64,000 nucleotides of DNA from Dicyema japonicum. Taxonomy: Eukaryota; Animalia; Dicyemida. Made by a program: the position numbers and the translations under genes. This document shows positions 26,600 to 37,549 of this stretch, one piece after another; within the stretch, counting starts at the first letter, position 1; every line of letters begins with the position of its first letter. Where the stretch lies: contig RDEW01000037.1 of assembly GCA_011109175.1 (NCBI GenBank), forward strand, positions 9,650-73,649. The letters are read 5' to 3'. The notes beneath the pieces were generated by a model that searched no databases, was not told the origin of the DNA, and was given only the letters and a program-made list of their open reading frames with translations.

Positions 26600-29200
26600 A
26601 AAATTTTACTATCCAATTTTTTTCCTCTTCGAGCAACTATGGGAGTAAACATAATTGTCACAGTCCTTTTCCTTTTCTTCAATATATATTGACATCACTT
26701 CGCTCACACTCTTCTCTTGAATTTCTTCATTATCAGACCGAGAATAAATATCCTTATCCCTTCGTTAAGTTTATCATAACGCCGCGAAACGTCGACTTCC
26801 TATATGATACAATCATACTCTCCAAAGTCTTATTGATTACCAGTGATTGACCATACGCATACTTTCTTTCACTTATATTCAAAGATCTGGCATACTTCAC
26901 GAATGTGAAGTCACTAGGCCATCCCAAGTGAGTACAATCGTGACAATTTTGACCTCTGCGTGGTGTATCAACTTCAACTCTTTGGAAAGAAGGTCATACT
27001 TCCTCAGCTTTTCGCATTCCACCTGCTGTAGATTTTGGAAAGATGTTATTCCCACTTCGACCAAAATAATTTTGTTTCTCCTTTTATCAAAAACGAACAA
27101 GTCTGGCTTGTTATGCTCAATAATTATGTCCGTTTTGATAAAAGTGTCAACTCTGATTTCAACTGAGTCATTCATTACAATGGATTGCACTGAATGAGTA
27201 TTCAGTTTCTTTCGTTTTTGAAACCAAACTCTCTGCAAAAGTGGAAATATAGACACCTCACGACTTCGTTATGTCTTTTTACATAATCCCCATGCAACAT
27301 CTTTTCACACCTTTTGGAACAATGATCCACGGTTTTCTTCCATTTTTTACAATGGATGCACATTGCATTTTGTTCTCCAAAGAACAGATTCCTATCTTGA
27401 ATAAGGCTTCCGAACTTGGGGAGTTATTCCCTTTAGAAGCCAATGAGAGGAATGCTCTATATTCACATAATCCTCCAACAAATTCTTATAAATAACGGAA
27501 TGAAATCTCTTCAATCTTATTTGATTCATTAAACCTTCTTTTTGCATGTTCGATATCAACTTTGTATCCAACTCAGAAGTGTCGCAAACAGAATACTTGT
27601 GCCTTAGAAATTCTTCAATTAATGCCAAATGCGTTTTCTCTGAAATTTTGGCTTGAAGAATTGCGGCATTTCTACTGCTAACAGTACTTCTGATTTTCAA
27701 ATCATGAAAAAATCCATATAACATCTTCTCACTTAGAAAAGAAATTGAGCGTAGCCCTCTCCCAAGGTAATTCCTCCTTAAATAAAGCCTCTGCTTGAAT
27801 GCAGGTTTGAGATGGACTCGATGTTTAATCAATATGGTGCTGATAGCTGAGTTAATCAAATCGTATTCACAGAGTTCCACATTAATGAGTCCAATATAAT
27901 TGTTATATAAAGACAGAGCGTGCTCGTTAATAGCCTTAAACAAATTCACTGCGTTTAGTTTGGTATTCACCAATTTCTTAATTTTCTGGTTTACTTGCGA
28001 AGAAATTATTTTTAACATTTCGGCTTTTGAAGTGTCCGGAAGGACCTTCCAATACACCGAGGTATTTATATTCATTCCCTCTAACAACTTGAATTCATCT
28101 GATAATAATAATATAAATTTTAAAGACATAATATTTTATGATCAAATTCTAAAGATAATTTATTACCTTGGGAGAGGGCTACGCTCAATTCATTCTTTTT
28201 CCGATATTAAAACTTTCCGAATTTAGATTCCTCCTTTTCCAAATTCTTCCCAAAAATCTGCGCATTTTTCCTTATCACTTGAGATATTAATATTATTTTG
28301 TCGTGAATTCAAGTTCCTGTAGAAGGATTTTCTATTCAATTCGAACATTTGGTTGTCCATACGAAATTTCCTTTTCGATTCAAATGTCGATATTTTTTTC
28401 TCCATGACTTTAATCCTATCTTGGATAAGAGACGTAATTCTGGTCCTTTCTTGGGATTGTTTTTTCCTGTAACCAACTATCGACAAATCATGGCACCCCA
28501 TAGACTTCTCGTCAGCAGAAAAAGTCTTCGTAAAAAACTTTTCAATAAAAACAGAATGTGATCTCCATTGTTCAATTTTCTTAGTCATATCCTCCATCCA
28601 TTTTGAGGCTCAAATTTTTTTGTAGAGTTTGATAGGCAGTTTGCCCAGCATCAATAATAGAAGAAATTTAATCAATTGACGTTGGGTGATTGACTTTAAT
28701 CCAAGCATAACACGGTTCAGGCATTCGACAACATCCACTTTTACATAAGGAATTTTCTTAGTACGGGGTTTTGAAGAATGGTCAATTGATTGATTAGTCC
28801 GTAACTCCTCAATAAAAGTGCGTTCACAACGAGCATACAACTTAGCCTCAATAAATGTCAAAGGGGCTTAGAATCTGAGGTCCCCTTCGAATCATGTCCA
28901 TTGCTTAATAATTGTTGACGCATTTTGGGCGTATATCAGTCTTTCGAACTCAGGCATTGTTATTTCCTCCCCAAACTTAGACTTGAACCCTTCCAAGAGA
29001 GTAGCCCACTCACCTCTGGGGACACGACCGAGTCTAGAGCGCGTGCTTTCAATAACTGAGGTAGCCCATTGTTCTCGACAATCAGCTGTTGAGGAAGACA
29101 TTATTGCTCGTAAAACCGGAAATTTCGTGTTGTTTTGGTGAGGACGAATCCTAGAAGACATTCAATTTACTAAATCAATAATGTAATTAAATTAGCACTA
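26600..29200 (-). mobile_element. Second, divergent R4/Dong-like element with an internal deletion, in tandem with the first
   Basis: N-terminal RLGRVPRGEW, FELNRKSFY, RLYLRRNYLGRGL, KPDLFVFDKR..IILVEVGITS...KY. Confidence 0.85.
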
Positions 29201-29399
29201 CCAACCATCCAAAGTGGACCCCGCCGACATTATCGACGTTGCGTTCCTCTCACGATTGCAACAGAAATAAAATAGTTATTATTTTTCTTAGAATTCTTGT
29301 TGCATATTTTAGAACTTTATAGATCAGGCATGTCAAACTATAATCATTTTTTCCGCATTTTTCAGACGTTTAAGAGCCACGTCAACCAAAAAGTGCTTT

Positions 29400-30480
29400 T
29401 TTATAATGATTAATTTCTCACAAATTTTCATTGTCTTAACGGCTTACATCAGAGAGAATAGTAATAGATTTTTGCTCACGCTTGTGTTTTGTTATGAAGG
29501 TTGTCTATTTTACTCTGCTACAAAAACAAGAAATAGTAACTTATCTAAAATATCAAATTTTGCCATCCAATTTGCTGAAGGAGAAACGAAATTTCATAAG
29601 AACGGCGTCATTATTCAGACTAAAAGACTCATTGCCGGCTCAACTATTTTTTTCAAAACAAGTGGAATTTTATTGCGCAACACCTATCAGAGCATATACA
29701 GTAAGAGAAAAGTACTAGTTATCTATTCTAATATCAGGTATATTTTTAATTTAGTTGATCTACGACACTATTCAAATTTCAATAAAAATTTTTGCTGGCT
29801 TTTGGTTGGATTCCTTTTCCAAATTTTACTGGACCTCTAAAGAGTAAATCGGCTACGGAGGTGTCAAGTGCAATAAAGAGCACAATTTTAATGTTTAGAA
29901 TACCAACCATTTTGGACACGGACAATGGCAAGGAATTTTTAAATGAAAAAATGTTCGAGTTATGCTCAACATATGGTATAAAACAAGTAAGGGGACGTCC
30001 TTGGGTGCAGAGACAAGTCGAGCGTCTGAATCAGACATTGAAATTTATTATTTCTTCAACCTGCTTTTCAAAGAATTTGAATTTCAAATGGATAGACATC
30101 ATTGAAGAAATTACAAGTTCCTATAATTTTGTCCAGCATTTGGTGATCGAGTTGTTAGAAGGGTCTATTTTGATAATAATAAAAAACACGAAAAAGTGGC
30201 TAAAACGAACACATTGATACATTCATATATCATGTTAAAGAAGTATCTACCACAGGAATGATTGATCTAGAAGATGGTAGTGTGATTCAGAAAAATAGCA
30301 GAGACTTAGCGAAACTAGAATAATTTTACAATATAAATTTCTTAATTTTTTCTAATAAAAACAGTTATTATTATTTTAGGGTAAATCTGATCATCAATAA
30401 CGTTGAGATCATTTATAATATCATTAGAGTTATACCTTCACGAAGTTTCTATGGGAAGATAGCGTCCCGAAAATCATCAG
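29400..30480 (+). mobile_element. Degenerate DDE integrase-core (rve) transposase, KRBA2/SCAND3- or Ginger-like
   Basis: LVDLRHYS, PLKSKSATEV, PTILDTDNGKEF, RGRP..Q.QVERLNQTLK; no RT or LTR evident. Confidence 0.7.
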
Positions 30481-30734
30481 GAAAAGTCAATTAGTAACGT
30501 TCTTCTGTTTAATCGAAATTTTAATTAAATGTATATTATCAAAAATATGTAAATTATATTTTGTTAATGTTGTGGATAATTTTACTAGTTTAAAGCAAAC
30601 TTTGTTCAGATATAAAACTTCATTTTTTCAAAAATTTAAGGTTCAATCATTAATACGGAACGATTGAACTTACGTGGTCGGCTGAGAACGGGTGGTTACG
30701 GCCAAGTATAATAGGAAGGGATCAGCTCCAAAAA

Positions 30735-32278
30735 ATTTAGGGTGTAGATCCGTGGAGTTTGATCCCTGATGACAAAAAGAAGGTGTCTGCCGATATATTT
30801 AAACACTCCGACGAGGAACTACCTATTGCTGATAGCACTGTCAGCATCTTTGAAGTGATGACGGCTATCAGGGAATGCAAGGTCAATGCTTCAGGATGTG
30901 ACCACATATCAATGAAACTTATCAAAGAGGGTCCGGATATTTTGTTTGACTATCTGCGATGTCTTTATGATAGGTGTTTACGACTTGGCCACTTCCTTTA
31001 ATATGGAAGAAAGCTGTTGTGAGGATGATTCCAAAACCAAAGATGCCAAAGAGAGATCCGGCAAGCTACCAATTAGTTTAATATGTTCTTTCGCAAAAGT
31101 GATCGAACGTATCATTTTCAAAAAGCTATGAAGACATATAGAAGAGAATGACTTTCTGATTCCGGATCAGTGGAGTTTTCGTCCCGAAAGTAGCTGTGCA
31201 AACCTTTTCTTTCTATTGGATTCTGAAATCATGAAAGAAGGGATTCAAAAAGGCAAATAAACTTATTATGACTTGATATCTCGAAAGCATTCGACAGTGT
31301 ATGAAGCGTTGTTAAAGCAGCTTGTATCAGCATGTGTTCCAAGATACCTATTTGTTTGGCTAAGAAATTATCTTCAGGAAAGACAATCTTTTGTGAAGGT
31401 GTGTGGATATATATCCGATGCAGTATCATTCAAAAGGGGAGTACCACAAAGTTCAGTATTGAGCCCTATTTTGTTTAATATATTCATTGCGAGTTTTCCA
31501 CGTCAGAGGAATATTAATAGTAGTCTTCTTATTTATGCGAATGACGTAATCGTGGTGGACACATCTCTAAAATCTTCTATATCTGAAGGAAGAATCCGGG
31601 AGTATGTCGACCAGATTGAGCATTGGTGCAACTTGAGAGGGCTAAAGCTCTCTGCTGAAAAATCTTGCGCACTCCGAATAAGCAGTTTGAAAAAGCACCT
31701 GAAACAAGAATACACACTGGGAGTAAACAATTCACACAGTCTGCGCTACCTGGGGGTCGACTATGGACACGCAGGAGATTACATGGACGACATAAAGGGG
31801 AGGAGAAAGAGAGCCTTTCAGTCGCTCCTATGTACACGGAAGTTACACGTTAGCCGTGACACTTACCTGTTTATCTTCAAGGGAGTTATTCTCCCTAGCC
31901 TACTTTATGGGTGCGAGGGGTGGTTCTTCTCTCCGAAGAGGGACAAGATCTTATCCCTCCTAGAGAAGACTAGAAGAGCTGCAATTAAGCTCTCCTTAAA
32001 CAAGAAACTGAAAGACTGTCTAAACGAGGACGAAAACAAGCTCCTGGAACCGATTAGCAAGATTGTGGAGGATCGGATCAATGGTTTCAGGAGGAGATCA
32101 AAGGTCCAGGACACATATATAAAGGTGGGAGAATAAAGATTAAAAAGCTGGGAGAAACGTTCCGAAAAAGATTAATAATAAAAAAAGAGGAAGGGTCCAG
32201 GTGTGGAGTCCAAGCCTTATGGTAGGACTCAGATGTAATACCCTCCAGAAATCTCCTTAACTCTTTTGTCAATAAATC
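30735..32278 (+). mobile_element. Jockey/I-like LINE family 2 (RT to 3' end)
   Basis: ASGCDHIS, GVPQSSVLSPILFNIF, YAND, LRYLGV, ILPSLLYGCEGW; tail gagtcc-aagccttatggta-ggactc...aataaa. Confidence 0.85.
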
Positions 32279-32319
32279 CTTGTTGTTGTTGGAACGATTG
32301 AAAAAAACGTGGTTGTTGT

Positions 32320-33275
32320 GTGGTGGCACCTACTATTCTGAAGAAGAAATACCTCTAGTTTTTAAGACACAGCTCAAAAAGATATTTTATGTGGACGATG
32401 ATGTCATTTCGGAGAAGACTTGTTACGAACTATTGTCAGAGAAAACAGCCTTTATAGAGATCTCTCTATAAGAGCTGAAGATAACAATGAGAGCTGTCAA
32501 GAATCAAAGCTAGGATGTTCAAAGAAGCCCCAGAAATTTTATTCAAAGTTCTCAAAGATATGTTCAACGCATGCATAACAATTGGTCATGTTCCACAGGA
32601 ATGGAAGAAAACTATTGTACGGATGGTAGCGAAGACAGGAAGACCGAAAAATGATCCTGATAGCTACCGTCCGAATCGGTCAATCTCAAAAATCATGAAA
32701 AAATTGTCTTCCGGAGGCTTACAAATCAGCTGGAAAAAGAAGATTACTTCAGAAATGATCAATTTGGTTTTCGCCCAGGACGGTCATGCGGTGATTGCTT
32801 ATTTCATCTCAACTCGAGTTATGCAAAGCCAGAGAATCCAGATGTCTCCTGAATGTCATGTCTCGACATATAAAAAGCAGTGTTAACCACAGATCCATAA
32901 TCGATCAGTTATCTCGGACGGAGAGTCCAAAGGAACTAGTGAATTGGGTGAAAGTATACCTAAAAGGAAGAAAATCCTATGTTAGATGCGAACGCTATTT
33001 TTCGAATATGATATTATGATATTATCAGGATTGCCCTACACAAAAGGCTCGACGAGAAGCTAGATGAAGATGAAAATTTGCTAGTAATGTCGATAAGAGA
33101 TGCAGCAGAAAAAGAATGGAAAATTACCTGAAAAAAGATGCCATCATTGATTCGTATGTTGCAGCACAGAATAAACGATAAGAGGGGTCTGAGAGCGCAG
33201 AGAAGAGTCCAAGCGTTTGCAGGACTTGCGGCATGAGGTCAACTAACTCCCTGTTTAATTATTCCTTCCTAATAA
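32320..33275 (+). mobile_element. Internally deleted family-2 LINE, related to 37550-38520 (inverted)
   Basis: EEEIPLVFKTQLK, WKKTIVRM..KTGRPKNDPDSYRP, LVNWVKVYLKGRKSYV; tail gagtcc...ggactt...aataaa. Confidence 0.75.
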
Positions 33276-33334
33276 AGTTGTTAAAGTTAAAAGGGACGAT
33301 TGCCATTTTGTTTGATTGGTTTTTTAAATCAATA

Positions 33335-33395
33335 CATTGAATATCGATTTTTGAACGGCTCGTATTCAACCGTATCTCATTCTGAACCGGTCACA
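33335..33395 (-). repeat. ACA-terminated inverted homologue of the 22157 terminus (candidate right TIR)
   Basis: Reverse complement tgtgaccggtt-cagaatgagatac-ggttgaatacgagccgttcaaaaatcgatatt aligns with 22157-22215. Confidence 0.55.
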
Positions 33396-33489
33396 ATAAA
33401 TTAAATTTAATAAATTTTATACGAATATTTTTAAATCGGTTCAGACACCTGGAGCAGCTGCTTCGACTGCGGAGAACCTAAAAATCAAG

Positions 33490-33790
33490 AAATATTCTTG
33501 CTTCGGGGATCGCTACCGATTTACTCCTGTTGCGACCGAATCATCGGGAGCCGTTGGTCCAATGACGGCTGAGTTCTTGCGAGAACTCGGAGGATTGCTT
33601 GCCAGAAAGAATAAGGATACACGAGAAGGGTTATGGCTAAGACAAAAAATTGGAACAGGCATACTCCGAGGGAACTCGTTCGCAATCCACGCAGCAGGCT
33701 TCCTCAACTGACATTTGTTTAATTGTTAAAAAAATTATTCTTTAAAAAAAATTAATAAAGTTAATGATACACGTTCAAAAAAATTTTTTA
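33490..33790 (+). mobile_element. 3' fragment of a CRE-like element
   Basis: YRFTPVATESSGAVGP...LWLRQKIGTGILRGNSFAI followed by an A-rich tail. Confidence 0.75.
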
Positions 33791-33859
33791 TTAATGGAAA
33801 TAATTTTTTTTTAAACAATAACAATTTATTGAAGAATGAAACCAAATAGTTAAAGGCTA

Positions 33860-34100
33860 CTGGCTGCTCTCAGCATTGAGAGCGCATTTCCCCTTACGAT
33901 CTGTAAGGGGATGCCCTCATCAAACAAAACTCCGGCATGCGGGAAGGTGGCCCTGCAAATACAGTCAGCCGCCCTGTACGAGTTTTTGTGGGTACGAGGG
34001 AGGAGCACCGGGAAAGAATGAGGATTTTGGCGGAGCGCATCGGGATCACGTGATAGTTAATTTTGGTTTTACCGTGGTCTTGGGTGTTAAATAAATAAAT
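33860..34100 (+). mobile_element. Short Jockey/I-like LINE 3' end
   Basis: Tail cgggatcacgtgatagttaattttggttttaccgtggtcttgggtgttaaataaataaa, as at 17101-17157. Confidence 0.65.
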
Positions 34101-34139
34101 CTTCGCATTCACTTATTATGTCGCGAGCCACAGACGTTA

Positions 34140-34700
34140 CCTTTGACAAATGAAATCAATGTCAACCATTGTCAAAAAATAAAATAATCAATTATTTCAA
34201 AGAAAACATTAACTAATTATTGATAACTATCTTTTTAAGGCGTTTAGAATGCACCTTCCTCACAATTCTCTCACTATCTTTAACGTTGACAAAATTGTTA
34301 GAAAATTTTTCAACAATAGTGGCAGCATCTCCGTATGGATGCTCAAACCTTTGCAGACGTAGTGAAGGATTAGTTCCATAGTCCTTCTGAATACGAACCT
34401 TTTAAGTAATTTGAATACACCATCTCCAATGTTAAATTCATATTTCGATCGATGCACTCCCATCTTTTTATTCATTCTTTTATAATAAAGAGAATTCAGG
34501 TCTACCCGAGGAAAATCAAATTTGTAATCACCTTTTGATAATTATAGACAAAAAACCTTTACCGTCTGGCTCTGTTGATTCAGCAATATTATGCACACTT
34601 TAAAGGTTTTCTTCACCGTCTGTCTCCGTTACAGTATTTTTCTCAATGGTGTTGTAGCCCGGAATCCCTCGATATCTCTGAAACGGACTAACACCTACAA
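34140..34700 (-). mobile_element. C-terminal remnant of an integrase-type transposase
   Basis: Minus strand GVSPFQRYRG...YEFNIGD.V...KDYGTN resembles the region downstream of the rve core in such elements; inference from motif recall. Confidence 0.45.
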
Positions 34701-34719
34701 AAAAATAAAAGCACAAATT

Positions 34720-35200
34720 TACCTGTATGAGTGAGGCGTTTGATTGTATAAAAAACACAGACCCCTCTTATCGTTTATTTTGTGCTGCAACATACGAGTC
34801 AATGATGGCATCTCTTTTTTGGAAGTTTGTCATCATTTTTTCTGCTGCATCACTGATCGATTTTCATCTTCATCTAGCTTCTCGTCGAGCCTTTTGTGTA
34901 AGGCAATCTTGATCCCTGCTCTCCTCGATTTTTCAAGAAGCAAGATAAAATGCTCTCTGTATGCAGTATAATACCATCCTTCCAGTCCATAAAGGAGTGA
35001 TGGAATGATCGTACGTGAAAAAATAAATAAAAACATATCCGTTTCGAGTCTCAATTTCCTCATACAAAATATCGCATGGTGGGCTTTCTTCCTTTTTAGT
35101 TAAAAATCGCACAATGTGGTCCCAGATTCTCTAAAGATGTTCCGAAATACTTAAGGGAGCTCACAATGTTGATTCCGCATACGGAGTTATTCTGATTTCT
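34720..35200 (-). mobile_element. Family-2 LINE RT C-terminal fragment
   Basis: ORF 34833..35063 (IIPSLLYGLEGWYY, EKSRRAGIK) is homologous to the end of ORF 31273..32136. Confidence 0.8.
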
Positions 35201-35305
35201 TTTACCATTCCGACCGAAAAACCTTATTGCACTAGATTTTTCTGTACTTTTGCAATACATACTTCACGAAATAAGGCTCTAAATAAATAAAAACGATACC
35301 GACAA

Positions 35306-35642
35306 GTGATTATATAGCCGCGTGGCGCTGCGTGGTTAATTAATTGAAGTTTTCTGCTTGCTTGTCTGTTCCTCTTCTCTCTCCTATTAGAGTGACGACA
35401 TGTGATCCACCTGTCTAGGTGACGCCCAGTGCCAGGGCGGCACGAAAAGGGATCATTTGTTCTTCACTCCACTGGAGGGGCTTCCACAACTGCATGTAAT
35501 AAACGTCTTACTTTTTATGCTGATTCCGGATAGACTCTGTTTCTGTAGAAGTGGAAACTGGATACACTTAATTAGTTGTTTACTTTAACTTCTTTCTTGG
35601 TGTATCCGGGGTTAATAAATAAAATTAAAAAAAATTAAAATT
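35306..35642 (+). mobile_element. SINE family B, complete copy
   Basis: 16-bp TSD aaaacgataccgacaa (35290-35305, 35643-35658); head gccgcgtggcg; 3' stem ggatacac/gtgtatcc then ggggttaataaataaa. Confidence 0.85.
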
Positions 35643-36074
35643 AAAACGATACCGACAAAGTCAAAGCTGAGCTATTAACGACCCCTACCTAAGAGCTTCA
35701 TATAGATGCTTATAATCATTCCCTTAGCGAAAAAAGATGCTTATAATCATTCCAAGATTACTCTCTTATTACACCGTTTCTGACGAACTATAAGTTAGAC
35801 ACCCGTTTTTATCGCTCACTCATGTTGTATTCTCCCGCTGATGGAGAAAGGTCATCAAATGTCTTTTAAGGCAATTCTTTTCTGTCGGGAAGATTCCATG
35901 AATCCATTTCAGAATGTAGTAGTTCGTAGTCTTTCAGTTTTGAATATTTTCGCATAACAACCATATCACTCATCCCCACAATCCGGTAAAAAAATCAAAA
36001 TTTTATTTAAAAAAATTTATAATAATATTTACAAATTGGCATTGTTCATTTTTTTATTTTTAGACCTAATATTG

Positions 36075-36280
36075 AAAGAATAACTCTTCCGGAAGTCCTT
36101 AATGGTGACCTGAGATCAGTAACCAGACTACTAAAGGACGGTGAAGACCTTAGTAGTCTGCGGCACTTGGCATCGGACAGGAGGGGATGGGAAAGGCTAA
36201 TTAAGAGGATTGTTCAGACGCGGCACGAATAGAATTATAGTTTATATGATTCTATGTAGTTGCTTATAATAATAATAATA
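36075..36280 (+). mobile_element. RTE-like 3' fragment
   Basis: TLPEVLNGDL...DLSSLRHLASDRRGWERL followed by (TAA)n. Confidence 0.6.
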
Positions 36281-36326
36281 TTGAAAAAAAATTCATTAAT
36301 TCATTTAGAGCCTTATTTCGTGAAGT

Positions 36327-37431
36327 TAGCAAATTTCGTAAGTGGACGCCGAGGGAAAGTGTCCGTCGGAAGCAAGAGTTCCAGATCGGGATTATTACCC
36401 AATGGTGTACCCCAAGGATCTCCTCTGTCACCAATCCTTTTTAATTTGTTTTTGAGTATCTCCCCGTACCTATGAATAATAATGGCATGTTACTTTCTTA
36501 TGCCGATGACATAGTTGTCGCATCTAGAGACGTAAATGTCGAACATGCTAAAGAAAGACTAAAGGAATACTAAATAACATATTTGGATGGTTGTGCGAAA
36601 ATCGATTAAATGCATGTTCCGAAAAGTCAGCAGTCACTCTATTTACTAAGAATAGAAAGATGGGAACGCAAACAATTGATGTCACGTTAAATGGAGTACC
36701 TATACCACAAAAGAAATCGCAGAAGATACTGGGAGTAACTTTTGATACTTTCCTCTGCTTCTCAGCCCATGTGGAATCCATCATATCAACCTGTGCAAAG
36801 AAGATAAATTTTGTAAAGGCCTTCTTTTGGAACTGTGGAGGAATTTATCCTCCAGGTATCTGGACCCTCTACAAGCAGTATGTCGAGCCAACAATAGGCT
36901 ATGCATGTGCTGCATGGGGATCTAACCTGTCGGCAACGAACCTAACAAAAATTCAAGAGATCCAGTCAAGAGCAAAAAAATTACTGGAAAAGTATACAGA
37001 TAAAGAAATTGCCCCCAGAGCACTCGAGTCTATCATAGAAACAACTGGAGGAAATTTCAGAAGAGAAAAGGAAAAAGACCCCTGTCCGTATAGAAAATGA
37101 GTGGGATCACGGTCGGAGCATCGAGAAAAAGTGGCCCGATTATTGAGAGATGCCGGGATCACATGAATGTTAGTTATTGGTTAAGATGGTGTTTCTTTGG
37201 GTTAAATAATAATAAATAATTGTCCGTGTCATAAGATTTCCTTCAGTTTGAACGTTAAACTATCAGTTTTTCCCCTATTGACTTTACGTCCTCTCAACGG
37301 ATTTCCAAAATTCAATTATTTATCATTACTGGAGATTTGAACGTGAAGCATTATTGAGAGATGCCGAGATCACCTGAATATTAGTTATTGGTTAAGACGG
37401 TGTTCCTTTGGCTTAAATAATAATAAAAAAA
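36327..37431 (+). mobile_element. 5'-truncated Jockey/I-like LINE plus 130-bp transduced flank plus a second tail
   Basis: Near-identical to 59732-60754; GVPQGSPLSPILF, YADD; tail 1 ends about 37219, flank 37221-37350, tail 2 at 37351-37431. Confidence 0.9.
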
Positions 37432-37549
37432 TGTATTGAAAAAGAACCGATTTTTCTTCTGACGGTTTTAACCCATGAAGACCGCATCAGTCTTTTATAT
37501 TTTCCATGTGCATATTGAGTCTCCTCTCTGAGATCATGCTCGATCTCTA

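Noticed and set aside
29190-29275. HDV-like ribozyme at the 5' end of the R4-like element (also sought near 19560-19600)
   Set aside because: An L3-like tcctctc hairpin exists on the wrong strand and the P1/P1.1/P2 nested pseudoknot could not be assembled
29325-29340. hAT-like left end caggcatgtcaaac as the terminus of the integrase element
   Set aside because: No matching right end was found, and this end type does not fit an rve integrase
29738-29754. Intron within the integrase ORF
   Set aside because: Only 17 nt, and the sequence reads as part of the conserved ...LVDLRHYS coding motif
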